From assembly GCA_015494075.1 (NCBI GenBank), contig WGBX01000079.1, forward strand, positions 1,911 to 65,910: 64,000 nucleotides of DNA. Direction: 5' to 3'. Positions 19,015-28,489 of this stretch are shown piece after piece. The DNA comes from Flavobacteriaceae bacterium (lineage in GTDB: Bacteria; Bacteroidota; Bacteroidia; Flavobacteriales; Flavobacteriaceae). Positions within the stretch are counted from its first letter, which is position 1. The number at the start of each line of letters is the position of its first letter. Position numbers and translations under genes: made by a program. Under the pieces are notes generated by a model that was given only the letters and a program-made list of their open reading frames with translations, was not told the DNA's origin and did not search any database.

Positions 19015-20381
19015 TCAAAAATCCATTTTAAAATTTTTAATTTCCAAGGTTTGTAAGGCAGATATTTAAAAGGTGGTTCAAACCAAAAGGTTTTTTTTAT
19101 AAGGCTTTTATAGTGGGTAAATGCATCAAAACCGGCTTTTCCATGATAACTACCCATACCACTAAATCCTACACCTCCAAAAGGTAAATTAGGGTTAGTC
19201 AAATACATAACACTATCATTTATCATTCCGCCCCCAAATGATAAATTGTTAATAATCTTATCTATATCTTTTTGATTTTTGCCATAAACATAACACGCCA
19301 ATGGTTTGGGCATATTTTTAACTTGATGAATAACTTGATTCAAATCTGTATATGAAATTACAGGCAATATGGGGCCGAAAATTTCATCTTTCATCACGCT
19401 GTCTTCAAAACTAATGGAATGCAAGATAGTTGGCTTAATGATATTTTGCTCTGGCAATATTTGACCTCCGTAATAAACTTTTTTAGGTTCAATAAGTGCA
19501 TGCAAGCGTTCAAAATTTGTTTTGTTAATAATACGCACATAATTTTCAGGCAAATTTGCTTTGAAATTATATTGCCGTTCAATTTCGCGGCTCAATGCTT
19601 TTAAAAAATCACTTTCAATTGATTTATCTACTAGTATATAGTCCGGAGCAACACAGGTTTGTCCGGCATTTAAAAATTTTGCCCACACAATTCTCTTGGC
19701 CGTAATGTTAATGGGTGCGTCCTTTAAAACAAAAGTCGGACTCTTTCCCCCCAACTCTAAGGTTACCGGTGTTAAATTTTTAGCTGCGGCCTGATAAACA
19801 ATTCTACCGACATGCGTACTGCCTGTAAAAAATATTTTATCAAAATGGTTTTTTAAAAGTTCGGTAGTTTCAATAACGCCTCCTTCGACTACATGAAAGA
19901 GTCCTGAAGGAAAATTTTGATTGATTATTTGGGCCATAATTCTAGAAGTGTGCCGGGCTATTTCACTTGGTTTTAAGATAACCGTATTTCCGGCAGCCAG
20001 AGCTGTTAAAGCAGGCAATAAGGACAATTGATAAGGATAATTCCAAGCCCCAATAATCAGAGTATTTCCCAAAGGTTCCGGAATCAAATAACTTTTACCG
20101 GGCCAGTTGGCCAAGTCGGTACTAATTTTTTTTGATGATCGCCATTTTTTTAAATGTCGTTTTAATATTTTAAGTTCATGATAAATTAATCCCAGTTCAG
20201 TCGTATATGTTTCAAAAACCGATTTGCCAAAATCAGCCATTATAGCATCATAAATTAAAGACTCATTGGCTTTTATGACTTGTTTTATTTTTGTTAACTG
20301 CTTCAAGGTATAAGTCACGTCCCTAGTTTTACCTGATTGGTAAAATTGCTTTTGTTGGCGAATTATTTCGGATAAAGACAT
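19011..20381 (-). CDS. Aldehyde dehydrogenase (ALDH3/fatty-aldehyde type)
   Basis: Catalytic motifs LELGGKSP and NAGQTCVAPDY. At about 456 aa it is typical of class 3 ALDH. The stop overlaps the GMC start (ATGA). Confidence 0.9.
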   Translation of the reverse strand: MSLSEIIRQQKQFYQSGKTRDVTYTLKQLTKIKQVIKANESLIYDAIMADFGKSVFETYTTELGLIYHELKILKRHLKKWRSSKKISTDLANWPGKSYLIPEPLGNTLIIGAWNYPYQLSLLPALTALAAGNTVILKPSEIARHTSRIMAQIINQNFPSGLFHVVEGGVIETTELLKNHFDKIFFTGSTHVGRIVYQAAAKNLTPVTLELGGKSPTFVLKDAPINITAKRIVWAKFLNAGQTCVAPDYILVDKSIESDFLKALSREIERQYNFKANLPENYVRIINKTNFERLHALIEPKKVYYGGQILPEQNIIKPTILHSISFEDSVMKDEIFGPILPVISYTDLNQVIHQVKNMPKPLACYVYGKNQKDIDKIINNLSFGGGMINDSVMYLTNPNLPFGGVGFSGMGSYHGKAGFDAFTHYKSLIKKTFWFEPPFKYLPYKPWKLKILKWIFE

Positions 20382-20458
20382 AGTACAAATTTTATAAATA
20401 TAAAATTAGGCTAATAAGCTCATACTTACAAGTTTTGATGATTATCTATTTTTCAGAT

Positions 20459-21772
20459 CTATGAGCGGTTATCATGAATAGTTGCTAAGATAAGCATTGA
20501 AATAAAAAAGAAGAAAGCCATCATTAAAACTGCTGATTTCATAGAACCTGTCAAGGCTTCTAATACTCCAAATGAAAAGGTTCCTAATACAATAGCAATC
20601 TTTTCTGCAAAATCATAAAAACTAAAATAGGTGGCATGACGATGTGTATCATTGGGTAACATTTTAGAATACGAAGAACGTGACAATGCTTGAATAGAAC
20701 CCATTACCAAACCTACAAAACCTCCCAAAATATAGAATTGCATTTCAACATTCGGATTGTTTTTATCTAAGAAATATGCACTAATAGTAATGCCTATCCA
20801 TATCAGTAAAATTACTTGCAATGCACGTATATTACCTATAAATTTTGAAATACGAGAAAAACCCAATGCACCGAAAATCCCCACTATTTGGATAACTAAA
20901 ATAGTCATAATTAATTTGCCTGAATCGAGTTGCAACTCCTTACTACCAAATAAACCGGCCACATAAAAAATAGTCTGAGCCGCCAAGCTATATAAAAAAA
21001 AAGCCAATAAAAAACGTTTAAGAGCTTTATAATGTATTAATTCGGTAAAAACTTGTTGTAATTCGGCAAAACCTTTAAACAAATAACCTTTGCGCTTAGG
21101 AGGTTTTACATTATAAACATTATCAGGCAATACATGAAAAGTATATTGTGAAAATAATAGCCACCAAATCCCAACACTCAAAAAAGAAATTCGAGCGGGA
21201 AGTGTGCCATCATGTATACCATACCATTCGGGATGTAATATCATAGAAAGGTTAAAAATCATGAGTAAAACAGAACCAACATAACCATAGGCAAAACCCA
21301 TTGCACTCACTTTATCTTGTTGATTCTCCTCAGCTATTTCAGGTAAAAAAGCGTTATAAAAAACCAAACTTCCCCAAAAACCAATACTAGCTAAAACACT
21401 AAATAAAATACCCAACCATACCGTATCCGGTCCTTTAAAGAAAAAAAGCATCATAGTTGAAAAAGAACCTAAATAAGTGTAAAATTGCATGAATTTTTTC
21501 TTGTTTCCACTATAATCGGCGATAGAAGAAAGAATAGGCGATAAAAAAGCAACTATTAAAAAGGATAATGCCAAGGCATAGCTGTATAGCTCGGTATTTC
21601 TAAAACTAAAACCCAAAAAGTGAAGAGTATCTTGACCATTATGATTGGTTACTTTTTCAAAAAAAATTGGAAAAATTGCCGAACTTATAACCAAGGCATA
21701 AGCAGAATTTGCCCAGTCGTAAAAAGCCCAAGCTCTAATCAAGCGTTTATCTCCCTTTTTTATTTTCATCAT
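20459..21772 (-). CDS. MFS transporter (UMF1/Atg22-like)
   Basis: About 12 hydrophobic helices. The N-terminal AWAFYDWANSAY motif is what I recall for the UMF1 subgroup. Confidence 0.7.
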   Translation of the reverse strand: MMKIKKGDKRLIRAWAFYDWANSAYALVISSAIFPIFFEKVTNHNGQDTLHFLGFSFRNTELYSYALALSFLIVAFLSPILSSIADYSGNKKKFMQFYTYLGSFSTMMLFFFKGPDTVWLGILFSVLASIGFWGSLVFYNAFLPEIAEENQQDKVSAMGFAYGYVGSVLLMIFNLSMILHPEWYGIHDGTLPARISFLSVGIWWLLFSQYTFHVLPDNVYNVKPPKRKGYLFKGFAELQQVFTELIHYKALKRFLLAFFLYSLAAQTIFYVAGLFGSKELQLDSGKLIMTILVIQIVGIFGALGFSRISKFIGNIRALQVILLIWIGITISAYFLDKNNPNVEMQFYILGGFVGLVMGSIQALSRSSYSKMLPNDTHRHATYFSFYDFAEKIAIVLGTFSFGVLEALTGSMKSAVLMMAFFFFISMLILATIHDNRS

Positions 21773-21778
21773 AAAGTA

Positions 21779-21807
21779 AAATCCCCGAAAAACTTTTTCA
21801 GGGATTT
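21779..21807 (-). terminator. Strong hairpin between the M48 peptidase and MFS genes (terminator or 5'-UTR structure)
   Basis: Minus strand reads AAATCCCTGAAAAA-G-TTTTTCGGGGATTT, a near-perfect 14-nt inverted repeat with one G.U. It ends 6 nt before the MFS start codon and has no clean U-tract. Confidence 0.45.
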
Positions 21808-21855
21808 CAAAGATAGGTAAATTAATTTAATATTAAAACACAAAACAGCGCATGC

Positions 21856-22677
21856 TTATTTGTCAAAAACAACACCAAATTTTTTGGCAATTTTTTTTGC
21901 CTCCGGTGCCCATTGTTTCAAATTTTGCATACGACTTTCATTAGAAGGGTGTGTGCTCAAAAATTCAGGTGGTTGTTGTCCTCCCAAACGGCTCATTTTC
22001 ACCCATACCTGTGCAGCAGCATCAGGATTATAGCCTGCTATAGCCATTAAAATCTGACCTATTTTATCAGCTTCAGCTTCATGTTTGCGGCTATATGGCA
22101 ACATAACCCCCAGCTGAGAACCATATCCATAAATAGCCATCCATTTTTTTTGATCTTCGGGTTTGGCTTTTTGAGTAGCCAACAATGTTAATATCGAACC
22201 TAATTGCTGTCCATAAGACATGCTCATACGTTCAGCACCGTGGTTAGCTAAGGCATGCGCAATTTCATGTCCCATTACCGCTGCAATTTCAGCATCGGTA
22301 GTGGTTACTTTTAACAAACCATCATAGTAAACAATTTTTCCTCCGGGCATACAAAAAGCATTCATTTGTGGATCTTTAACCAAGTTGACTTCCCACTGGT
22401 AACCGGCTAAGTCTTTTTCCCAACCTTGACTTTTATAGTATGCTTGGACAGCTTTAACCAAACGGTTCCCTATTCTTTTAACACGTTGTGCCTGATAAGT
22501 ATCATTAGACAAAGCGTGACTTTTTATAAAACCATCATATTGAGCAAAAGATGCCGGAAATATTTGTGAATTAGGGACAACATTAAACTGTTTGCGGCCT
22601 GTCATTTTTACAGTAGTACAAGCGGCAACAGCACTTAACAATAGAAAAAAAACGACAATTTTATTAAATTTATGCAT
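21856..22677 (-). CDS. M48 family zinc metallopeptidase, lipoprotein
   Basis: HEIAHAL zinc motif and signal peptide with lipobox (LLSAVAAC). The start is set at ATG 22677 because a -7 box occupies the TTG-initiated extension. Confidence 0.8.
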   Translation of the reverse strand: MHKFNKIVVFFLLLSAVAACTTVKMTGRKQFNVVPNSQIFPASFAQYDGFIKSHALSNDTYQAQRVKRIGNRLVKAVQAYYKSQGWEKDLAGYQWEVNLVKDPQMNAFCMPGGKIVYYDGLLKVTTTDAEIAAVMGHEIAHALANHGAERMSMSYGQQLGSILTLLATQKAKPEDQKKWMAIYGYGSQLGVMLPYSRKHEAEADKIGQILMAIAGYNPDAAAQVWVKMSRLGGQQPPEFLSTHPSNESRMQNLKQWAPEAKKIAKKFGVVFDK

Positions 22678-22701
22678 TTTTTGAGATATTTTTTGATAAT
22701 A

Positions 22702-22709
22702 CAAAAATA
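22702..22709 (-). promoter_or_regulatory. Candidate -7 promoter box (TATTTTTG) for the M48 peptidase gene
   Basis: TAnnTTTG on the minus strand, 24 nt upstream of ATG 22677. Its terminal TTG is the ORF-finder start at 22704. Confidence 0.45.
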
Positions 22710-22716
22710 ATATTTT

Positions 22717-23916
22717 TTACTTAACTGCCAACATATGCGATTTAATGGCCTCAGAAATTATTTTAACCCCGGGAACAATTTCTTCAATCTTCATATTAGA
22801 AAAAGCCAAACGTAAATGATTATTTTGCTTTCCTTGAGGATCAAAAGTTTTTCCGGTAACAAAAACAGCTCCGTTTGTAATACTATCTTTCAAAATAGCT
22901 GTACTATCAACATTTTGCGGAAGTTTTATCCAGTAATAAAAACCACCTTTCGGCTGGTGCCATAAGACTTCTTCAGGCATATATTTTTTTAAAGCCTTAT
23001 CCATTTCATTTCTTCGCTTTTTATAGGCATTACGAATTTTATCTAAATAAGTTGACAAATACCCTTGACTAACAAACTCATTAGCAATAACTTGAGTGAA
23101 ATTAGGGCTGCAGGCATCAATGCCTTGTTTGATAATCTGAGCCTTCTCAAATATTTCGGGAGAAGCTAAAAGCCATCCCAAACGAAATCCGGGTCCTAAA
23201 ATTTTGGAAAAAGAACCGGTATATACCATTTCGACACCCTCAGTATTTAAACTCATTATAGGTTGGGTCATCTCTTTAATTGTGTCATCATAATACAATT
23301 CATTGTAAGCATCATCTTCTAATAATAAAATGTTAGTTCCTCTTAATAAATCTAGCAATGCTTTACGTTTTTGGCGACTATAAATAATACCGGCCGGATT
23401 ATGAAAATTTGGAATAATGTATAACATTTTTGGATGTTCGGTTTTAATTATTTGTTGTAAAACAGATAAATCTAACCCGTCAGCTTCCAATGGAATGCCT
23501 TTTAACTTGGCCTGAAATGCTTTAAAAACAGCTATGCCACCTATAAAACTCGGATTCTCTGTCAAAACCAAGTCGCCCGGATCAATAAATTCCATTCCTA
23601 AAATATTTATAGCTTGTAATGAGCCTGTTGTAATCATCAATCGGTGAGTATCTACCGGTAATCCTTTTGTTTTTAAGTATTTCTTTAAAGTTTCTATCAA
23701 TGGCGGATATCCTGCCGTGGGGCCATATTGAAAAGCTGTTTTTTTTACATCTGCAGACATATTTTGCATAATATGATCAACTTCTTCAACCGGAAACAAA
23801 TCATTATTAGGCATTCCTCCTGCAAAGGAAATAACATCGGGACGTGTGGCCAGTTTCATCAAATCTCTAATTTCTGAAGAACGAATGTGTTGTACACTTT
23901 GTGAAAAATAAGGCAT
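22717..23916 (-). CDS. PLP-dependent aminotransferase (class I/II fold type I)
   Basis: PNFHNPAG and the PLP-lysine motif GSFSKILGPGFRLGW. About 400 aa. Confidence 0.85.
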   Translation of the reverse strand: MPYFSQSVQHIRSSEIRDLMKLATRPDVISFAGGMPNNDLFPVEEVDHIMQNMSADVKKTAFQYGPTAGYPPLIETLKKYLKTKGLPVDTHRLMITTGSLQAINILGMEFIDPGDLVLTENPSFIGGIAVFKAFQAKLKGIPLEADGLDLSVLQQIIKTEHPKMLYIIPNFHNPAGIIYSRQKRKALLDLLRGTNILLLEDDAYNELYYDDTIKEMTQPIMSLNTEGVEMVYTGSFSKILGPGFRLGWLLASPEIFEKAQIIKQGIDACSPNFTQVIANEFVSQGYLSTYLDKIRNAYKKRRNEMDKALKKYMPEEVLWHQPKGGFYYWIKLPQNVDSTAILKDSITNGAVFVTGKTFDPQGKQNNHLRLAFSNMKIEEIVPGVKIISEAIKSHMLAVK

Positions 23917-24005
23917 GGTTATAAAATTTAAAAATGATTTATATCGTTTAAATTTACAAAAAAAATAGCATCTTTAAGTCGCTAAAATCATTAAGTGTTA
24001 AAAAT

Positions 24006-26051
24006 ATGATACATCCTAATTTAGTTAATCCTAAAAGTATTGTTGTGGTTGGAGGTTCTGATAACCCGAATAGCCCCGGTGGTAAAATTGTTGAAAATTT
24101 GCTACAACAAAAATATAAAGGGAATATATATATCGTAAATCCGAAAAAGGATAATGTTTATAGTCTTCCAACCTATAAAAATATATCGGAACTGCCTGCA
24201 GATGTAGAAATGGCCATTATTGCTATTGCAGCCAAATACGTGGAAAAAATCGTGCAAATATTAACCGAACAAAAAGGCACCAAAGCTTTTATAATTATAT
24301 CGGCAGGCTTTAGTGATGCCGGTGAAAAAGGCAAAGAACTTGAAAAACGCATTGTACAGCAAATTGAAAAATTTGGAGGAAGCCTATTGGGGCCGAACAA
24401 TATTGGCTTAATCAATCAAAATTTCGCCGGTGTCTTCACAACGCCTGTCCCAGCTTTACATCCGCATGGGGTTGATTTAATTTCAGGTTCCGGTGCAACT
24501 TCTGTTTTTATTATTGAAGCTGCTATGAAGTTAGGCTTACAGTTTAATAGTATTTGGTCTGTAGGCAATTCTGCTCAAATCGGGATTGAAGAAGTCTTAG
24601 CTTATATGGATGAAACGCATGGTAAAAATAGTCCGAAGATTAAATTACTATATATTGAAAGCATTCTTAAACCTCAAAAATTATTAAAACATGCACAATC
24701 TTTACGAAAAAAAGGTTGTCAGATTATAGCAATTAAGGCCGGAAGCAGCCAAGCCGGAAGTCGAGCTGCAAGCTCTCATACCGGCGCTTTAACCAGCTCG
24801 GATATTGCCGTTAACGCATTATTTGAAAAAGCAGGAATCGTTCGCGTTTATGGAAGACAAGAAATGATATATGCAGCTAGTATTTTAAAATATGGTTTAC
24901 CTAAAGGAACTCAAATGGCCATTGTCACACATGCAGGCGGTCCCGGTGTTATGCTTACCGATGTATTGGAGAAAAACGGGTTGAATGTTCCGGAACTTTC
25001 CGGAAAAAAAGCAGAAGCCTTAAAAGCAAAATTATATGCCGGTTCTAGTACTGCTAATCCAATTGATTTTTTAGCTACCGGAACTGCTGAACATTTGGAT
25101 CACATCTTAAAAGCTATTGAGAATGATTTTGATGAAATTGATGCCACAGCTGTAATTTTCGGCAGCCCCGGATTATTTAAAGTTTTTGATGTCTATGATG
25201 TATTGGCCAAGCATATACAAAAAAGCAAAAAACCGATATATCCTATTTTGCCTTCAGTTATTAATGTAGCTGACGAAATAAATTATTTTCATCAGAAAAA
25301 ATTACCAAGCTTACCGGACGAAGTTGTTTTTGGGCAAACACTTGCTAATATTATGTATCAAAACAGTCAAATGCTCAAAAAGGCTGATAAAAAACCATTT
25401 CTATCGAAACAAGTAACTAAAACTTCACTGCCCAAAGGCTATTTGCCACCCGAATTAGTACATCAACTTCTAGACAAATTTGATTTTCCATTAGTTCCTG
25501 AAAAGGTTTTTGTAAATGAAAAGAAGGCTTTACATTTTGCACAATTACACTTTCCTGTTGTACTCAAAGTGGTGGGGCCACTGCATAAAAGCGAACTTGG
25601 CGGTGTGCGTCTAAATATTACAACAGAATCTGATTTTATTAAAAACTACAGAGAACTATGGCAAATACCCGGCAGAAAGGCTATCATGGTACAAGCTCAA
25701 AAAAAAGGTATCGAATTATTTGCAGGTGTTAAGAAAGAAAAAAACTTTGGACATCTGATTGCCTTCGGCATGGGTGGTATTTATATCGAAACTATCAAAG
25801 ATTTTAAAACCTTACTGGCACCTGTTACAGAAAATGAAATTGAGCAAAAAATTAAACAGTTAAAAATGTATCCGGTTTTAAAAGGAAGTCGGGGACAAAA
25901 AGGTGTCAACCTTAAAAAATTCAATCAGTTGATTACAAAGCTTTCAAATTTGGTTCAAACATATCCTGAAATAGAAGAGTTGGATTTTAATCCGATTATT
26001 GCAAACGACGATCAATTATTTATTGTAGATGCTCGTATAAAAATTATATGA
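24006..26051 (+). CDS. ADP-forming acyl-CoA synthetase (acetate--CoA ligase family, fused alpha/beta)
   Basis: N-terminal CoA-binding and succinyl-CoA-synthetase-like domains with the phosphohistidine loop AASSHTGALTSS. C-terminal ATP-grasp domain. Confidence 0.8.
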   Translation: MIHPNLVNPKSIVVVGGSDNPNSPGGKIVENLLQQKYKGNIYIVNPKKDNVYSLPTYKNISELPADVEMAIIAIAAKYVEKIVQILTEQKGTKAFIIISAGFSDAGEKGKELEKRIVQQIEKFGGSLLGPNNIGLINQNFAGVFTTPVPALHPHGVDLISGSGATSVFIIEAAMKLGLQFNSIWSVGNSAQIGIEEVLAYMDETHGKNSPKIKLLYIESILKPQKLLKHAQSLRKKGCQIIAIKAGSSQAGSRAASSHTGALTSSDIAVNALFEKAGIVRVYGRQEMIYAASILKYGLPKGTQMAIVTHAGGPGVMLTDVLEKNGLNVPELSGKKAEALKAKLYAGSSTANPIDFLATGTAEHLDHILKAIENDFDEIDATAVIFGSPGLFKVFDVYDVLAKHIQKSKKPIYPILPSVINVADEINYFHQKKLPSLPDEVVFGQTLANIMYQNSQMLKKADKKPFLSKQVTKTSLPKGYLPPELVHQLLDKFDFPLVPEKVFVNEKKALHFAQLHFPVVLKVVGPLHKSELGGVRLNITTESDFIKNYRELWQIPGRKAIMVQAQKKGIELFAGVKKEKNFGHLIAFGMGGIYIETIKDFKTLLAPVTENEIEQKIKQLKMYPVLKGSRGQKGVNLKKFNQLITKLSNLVQTYPEIEELDFNPIIANDDQLFIVDARIKII

Positions 26052-26094
26052 TAAATAGTTTAATTAATTTTTTTTAGTATTATATGACCATAAA

Positions 26095-26652
26095 TCATTT
26101 GACCTTTTCAATAACTTTCAAAGCAAATGAAATTAACAATACACCTAATGGAATAATCAACAACTCATAAAGTGATGCTGTTTGAAACCGTTGAAAATTT
26201 TCGATTATTAATTCTAGAAACAATAAAATCAAGACTAATATAACAACTTTGGCAATGATAATTTTCAGGGCCCCGAAATCATTAATATTCTGTAACCAAA
26301 CAGGTGTTTTACTTTGATTTAAAGGCTTTACTTTACCTACAAAAAGTTTGTATGTTCCAAAAGCCAAAATCATCATAGCCAATCCGAAAATAAACATGTC
26401 AGCAATGCTGATAATTTCAATTTTTAAGCGTTTTAAATCTACATCTTCATTAAAATTGATTACGATATTCCAAGTTTTGATAATACCTTTTAGAAACAGT
26501 ATTACGGCCATAACATAAGTACCTATAACTGCTAAAATGGATAGCCGCATTGAACGGTACAGATATGGTTCAAAATACTTATCTAACCAATTTTGATTTT
26601 TTACCGATTCTTTATCAGTATTGTCAGAGGTTTTTATTTTATTTACGGACAT
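26095..26652 (-). CDS. Membrane protein, possibly YqhA/UPF0114 family
   Basis: Four hydrophobic helices. The pattern ISIADMFIFGLAMMILAFGTYKLFV ... ALKIIIAKVVILVLIL resembles E. coli YqhA as I remember it. Its start overlaps the phoH stop by 1 nt. Confidence 0.4.
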   Translation of the reverse strand: MSVNKIKTSDNTDKESVKNQNWLDKYFEPYLYRSMRLSILAVIGTYVMAVILFLKGIIKTWNIVINFNEDVDLKRLKIEIISIADMFIFGLAMMILAFGTYKLFVGKVKPLNQSKTPVWLQNINDFGALKIIIAKVVILVLILLFLELIIENFQRFQTASLYELLIIPLGVLLISFALKVIEKVK

Positions 26653-27593
26653 CAGTCTAAAGTTTTATAAGCATCAATAATTTTTTTAACTAAACGATGG
26701 CGTACCACATCCCGATCATTTAAATGTACAATATCAATTCCTTTTATTGGTTTTAAGATTCCTAAAGCTTCTTTTAAACCTGAAATTTGTTTACGGGGCA
26801 AATCAATTTGCCCGGGGTCACCGGTGATAATAAATTTAGCATTTTTACCCATTCTTGTCAAAAACATTTTCATTTGATTGTGAGTTGTATTTTGAGCCTC
26901 ATCTAAAATAACAAATGCATCATCCAAGGTGCGTCCCCGCATAAATGCCAAAGGGGCAATTTGTATTATCCCTTTTTCAAGATGACTTTCTAAACGTTCA
27001 TGAGGAATCATGGTTCGCAACGCATCATATAATGGTTGTAAATAAGGATCAAGCTTTTCTTTTAAATCTCCGGGCAAAAAACCCAAATTTTCACCGGCTT
27101 CAACAGCAGGCCGGGTTAATATAATTCGTTTAACTTCTTTATTTTTCAAGGCTTTTACAGCTAGTGCTACACTTACAAAAGTTTTTCCGGTACCTGCAGG
27201 CCCAACTAAAAATATCATATCATTTTTACGTGCCGATACAACTATTTTGCGCTGATTAGGCGTTTGCGGCTTAATCAACCGGCCTCCTACACCATGCACA
27301 ATGATTTCGTCACTATTAACAAAATCACGATATTCACGCTGGTTAGTTGTTAAAATTTGTTCTATACTTTCTTTATCTAACTGATCAAATTTTTGAATAT
27401 GTTCTAATATTAAATCTAACTTTTGTTCAAATTCTTCAATAATTTCATTTTCACCAAATACTTTTATTTGGTTACCTCTAAACACTATTTTTAATTTTGG
27501 ATAATGTGCTTTTAAAAAATTGATATTTTCATTTTTTACCCCACTTAACACTATGGGATCTAAGCCATTTATTTCCAACAAACGTTCTGCCAT
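26652..27593 (-). CDS. phoH: PhoH-like ATPase
   Basis: Walker A GPAGTGKTF, FVILDEAQN and ITGDPGQIDL motifs. Confidence 0.9.
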   Translation of the reverse strand: MAERLLEINGLDPIVLSGVKNENINFLKAHYPKLKIVFRGNQIKVFGENEIIEEFEQKLDLILEHIQKFDQLDKESIEQILTTNQREYRDFVNSDEIIVHGVGGRLIKPQTPNQRKIVVSARKNDMIFLVGPAGTGKTFVSVALAVKALKNKEVKRIILTRPAVEAGENLGFLPGDLKEKLDPYLQPLYDALRTMIPHERLESHLEKGIIQIAPLAFMRGRTLDDAFVILDEAQNTTHNQMKMFLTRMGKNAKFIITGDPGQIDLPRKQISGLKEALGILKPIKGIDIVHLNDRDVVRHRLVKKIIDAYKTLD

Positions 27594-27599
27594 ATTTTG

Positions 27600-27607
27600 T
27601 ATCTTTG
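27600..27607 (+). promoter_or_regulatory. Candidate -7 promoter box (TATCTTTG) for the SAM hydrolase-DUF3810 pair
   Basis: TAnnTTTG match 57 nt upstream of ATG 27665. Confidence 0.35.
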
Positions 27608-27626
27608 CTTTTTATTGATGAACAAT

Positions 27627-27634
27627 CAAAGTTA
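27627..27634 (-). promoter_or_regulatory. Candidate -7 promoter box (TAACTTTG) for phoH
   Basis: TAnnTTTG on the minus strand, 33 nt upstream of the phoH ATG at 27593. Confidence 0.4.
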
Positions 27635-27664
27635 GTCATTTTCATTAAATAATTGTTGATAATT

Positions 27665-28489
27665 ATGTCCTTAATTACCTTAACGACCGATTTTGGTCTT
27701 AAAGACCCTGACTTAGGTCAATTAAAAAGTCAATTAGCGCAAACATTACCTCATATTACTTTGGTAGATATTGCACATAATATAACACCTTTTGATTCTG
27801 AAGAAGCCATTTATATTATACAAAATTCTTTAAGTAATTTTCCGGAAGGCACAATGCATTTTATTGGTATTGAAAGTGAAAATAACCCTCAAAACTCTCC
27901 TGTATTATCAATAGCAAACGGACAATATTTTTTTTCAAACAATGCCAGCCTTATAGCAGCAGCTTTTGAAAAATGGCAACCATTACATTATTCAATCCCT
28001 GCACAAATATCCGGCAGATTTATGCAACCTCACATTAAAGCAGCAAAACGGTTATTAAATGGCGAAAAAGCAGATACAATAGGTAATTTGCTTACAGAAG
28101 TGAGATTTCAAGGCATTTCTAAACCCCTGACTAAAACAAAAACTAACACCAATAAGATTTCATTGATTGTTCCAAAAGTTATTTATAATGATCATTACGG
28201 TAACGCCATTTTTAATTTACAAAAAAATGATTTTGAAATTTGGCAAAACCATAGAAAATTCGAAATTAAAATAGGACATTATACTTTACATAATATCGTT
28301 GCTAATTACCATAATCCATCTACGCAACAAGATCAATTATTAATGGATGGACAAATTTTTGCGCGCTTTAATGATTTTGGATACTTAGAAATTTTTATGT
28401 ACAAAAGCAATCTTTTAACTGGTGGCGCAAATACCTTGTTAGGATTAAAAAAAAATCAAACTATCCTGATTAGTTTTATAGACGAATGA
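27665..28489 (+). CDS. SAM hydroxide adenosyltransferase (DUF62; chlorinase/fluorinase family)
   Basis: N-terminal ITLTTDFGLKDP signature of the DUF62 family, about 275 aa. ATG 27665 is preferred over TTG 27653. Confidence 0.75.
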   Translation: MSLITLTTDFGLKDPDLGQLKSQLAQTLPHITLVDIAHNITPFDSEEAIYIIQNSLSNFPEGTMHFIGIESENNPQNSPVLSIANGQYFFSNNASLIAAAFEKWQPLHYSIPAQISGRFMQPHIKAAKRLLNGEKADTIGNLLTEVRFQGISKPLTKTKTNTNKISLIVPKVIYNDHYGNAIFNLQKNDFEIWQNHRKFEIKIGHYTLHNIVANYHNPSTQQDQLLMDGQIFARFNDFGYLEIFMYKSNLLTGGANTLLGLKKNQTILISFIDE

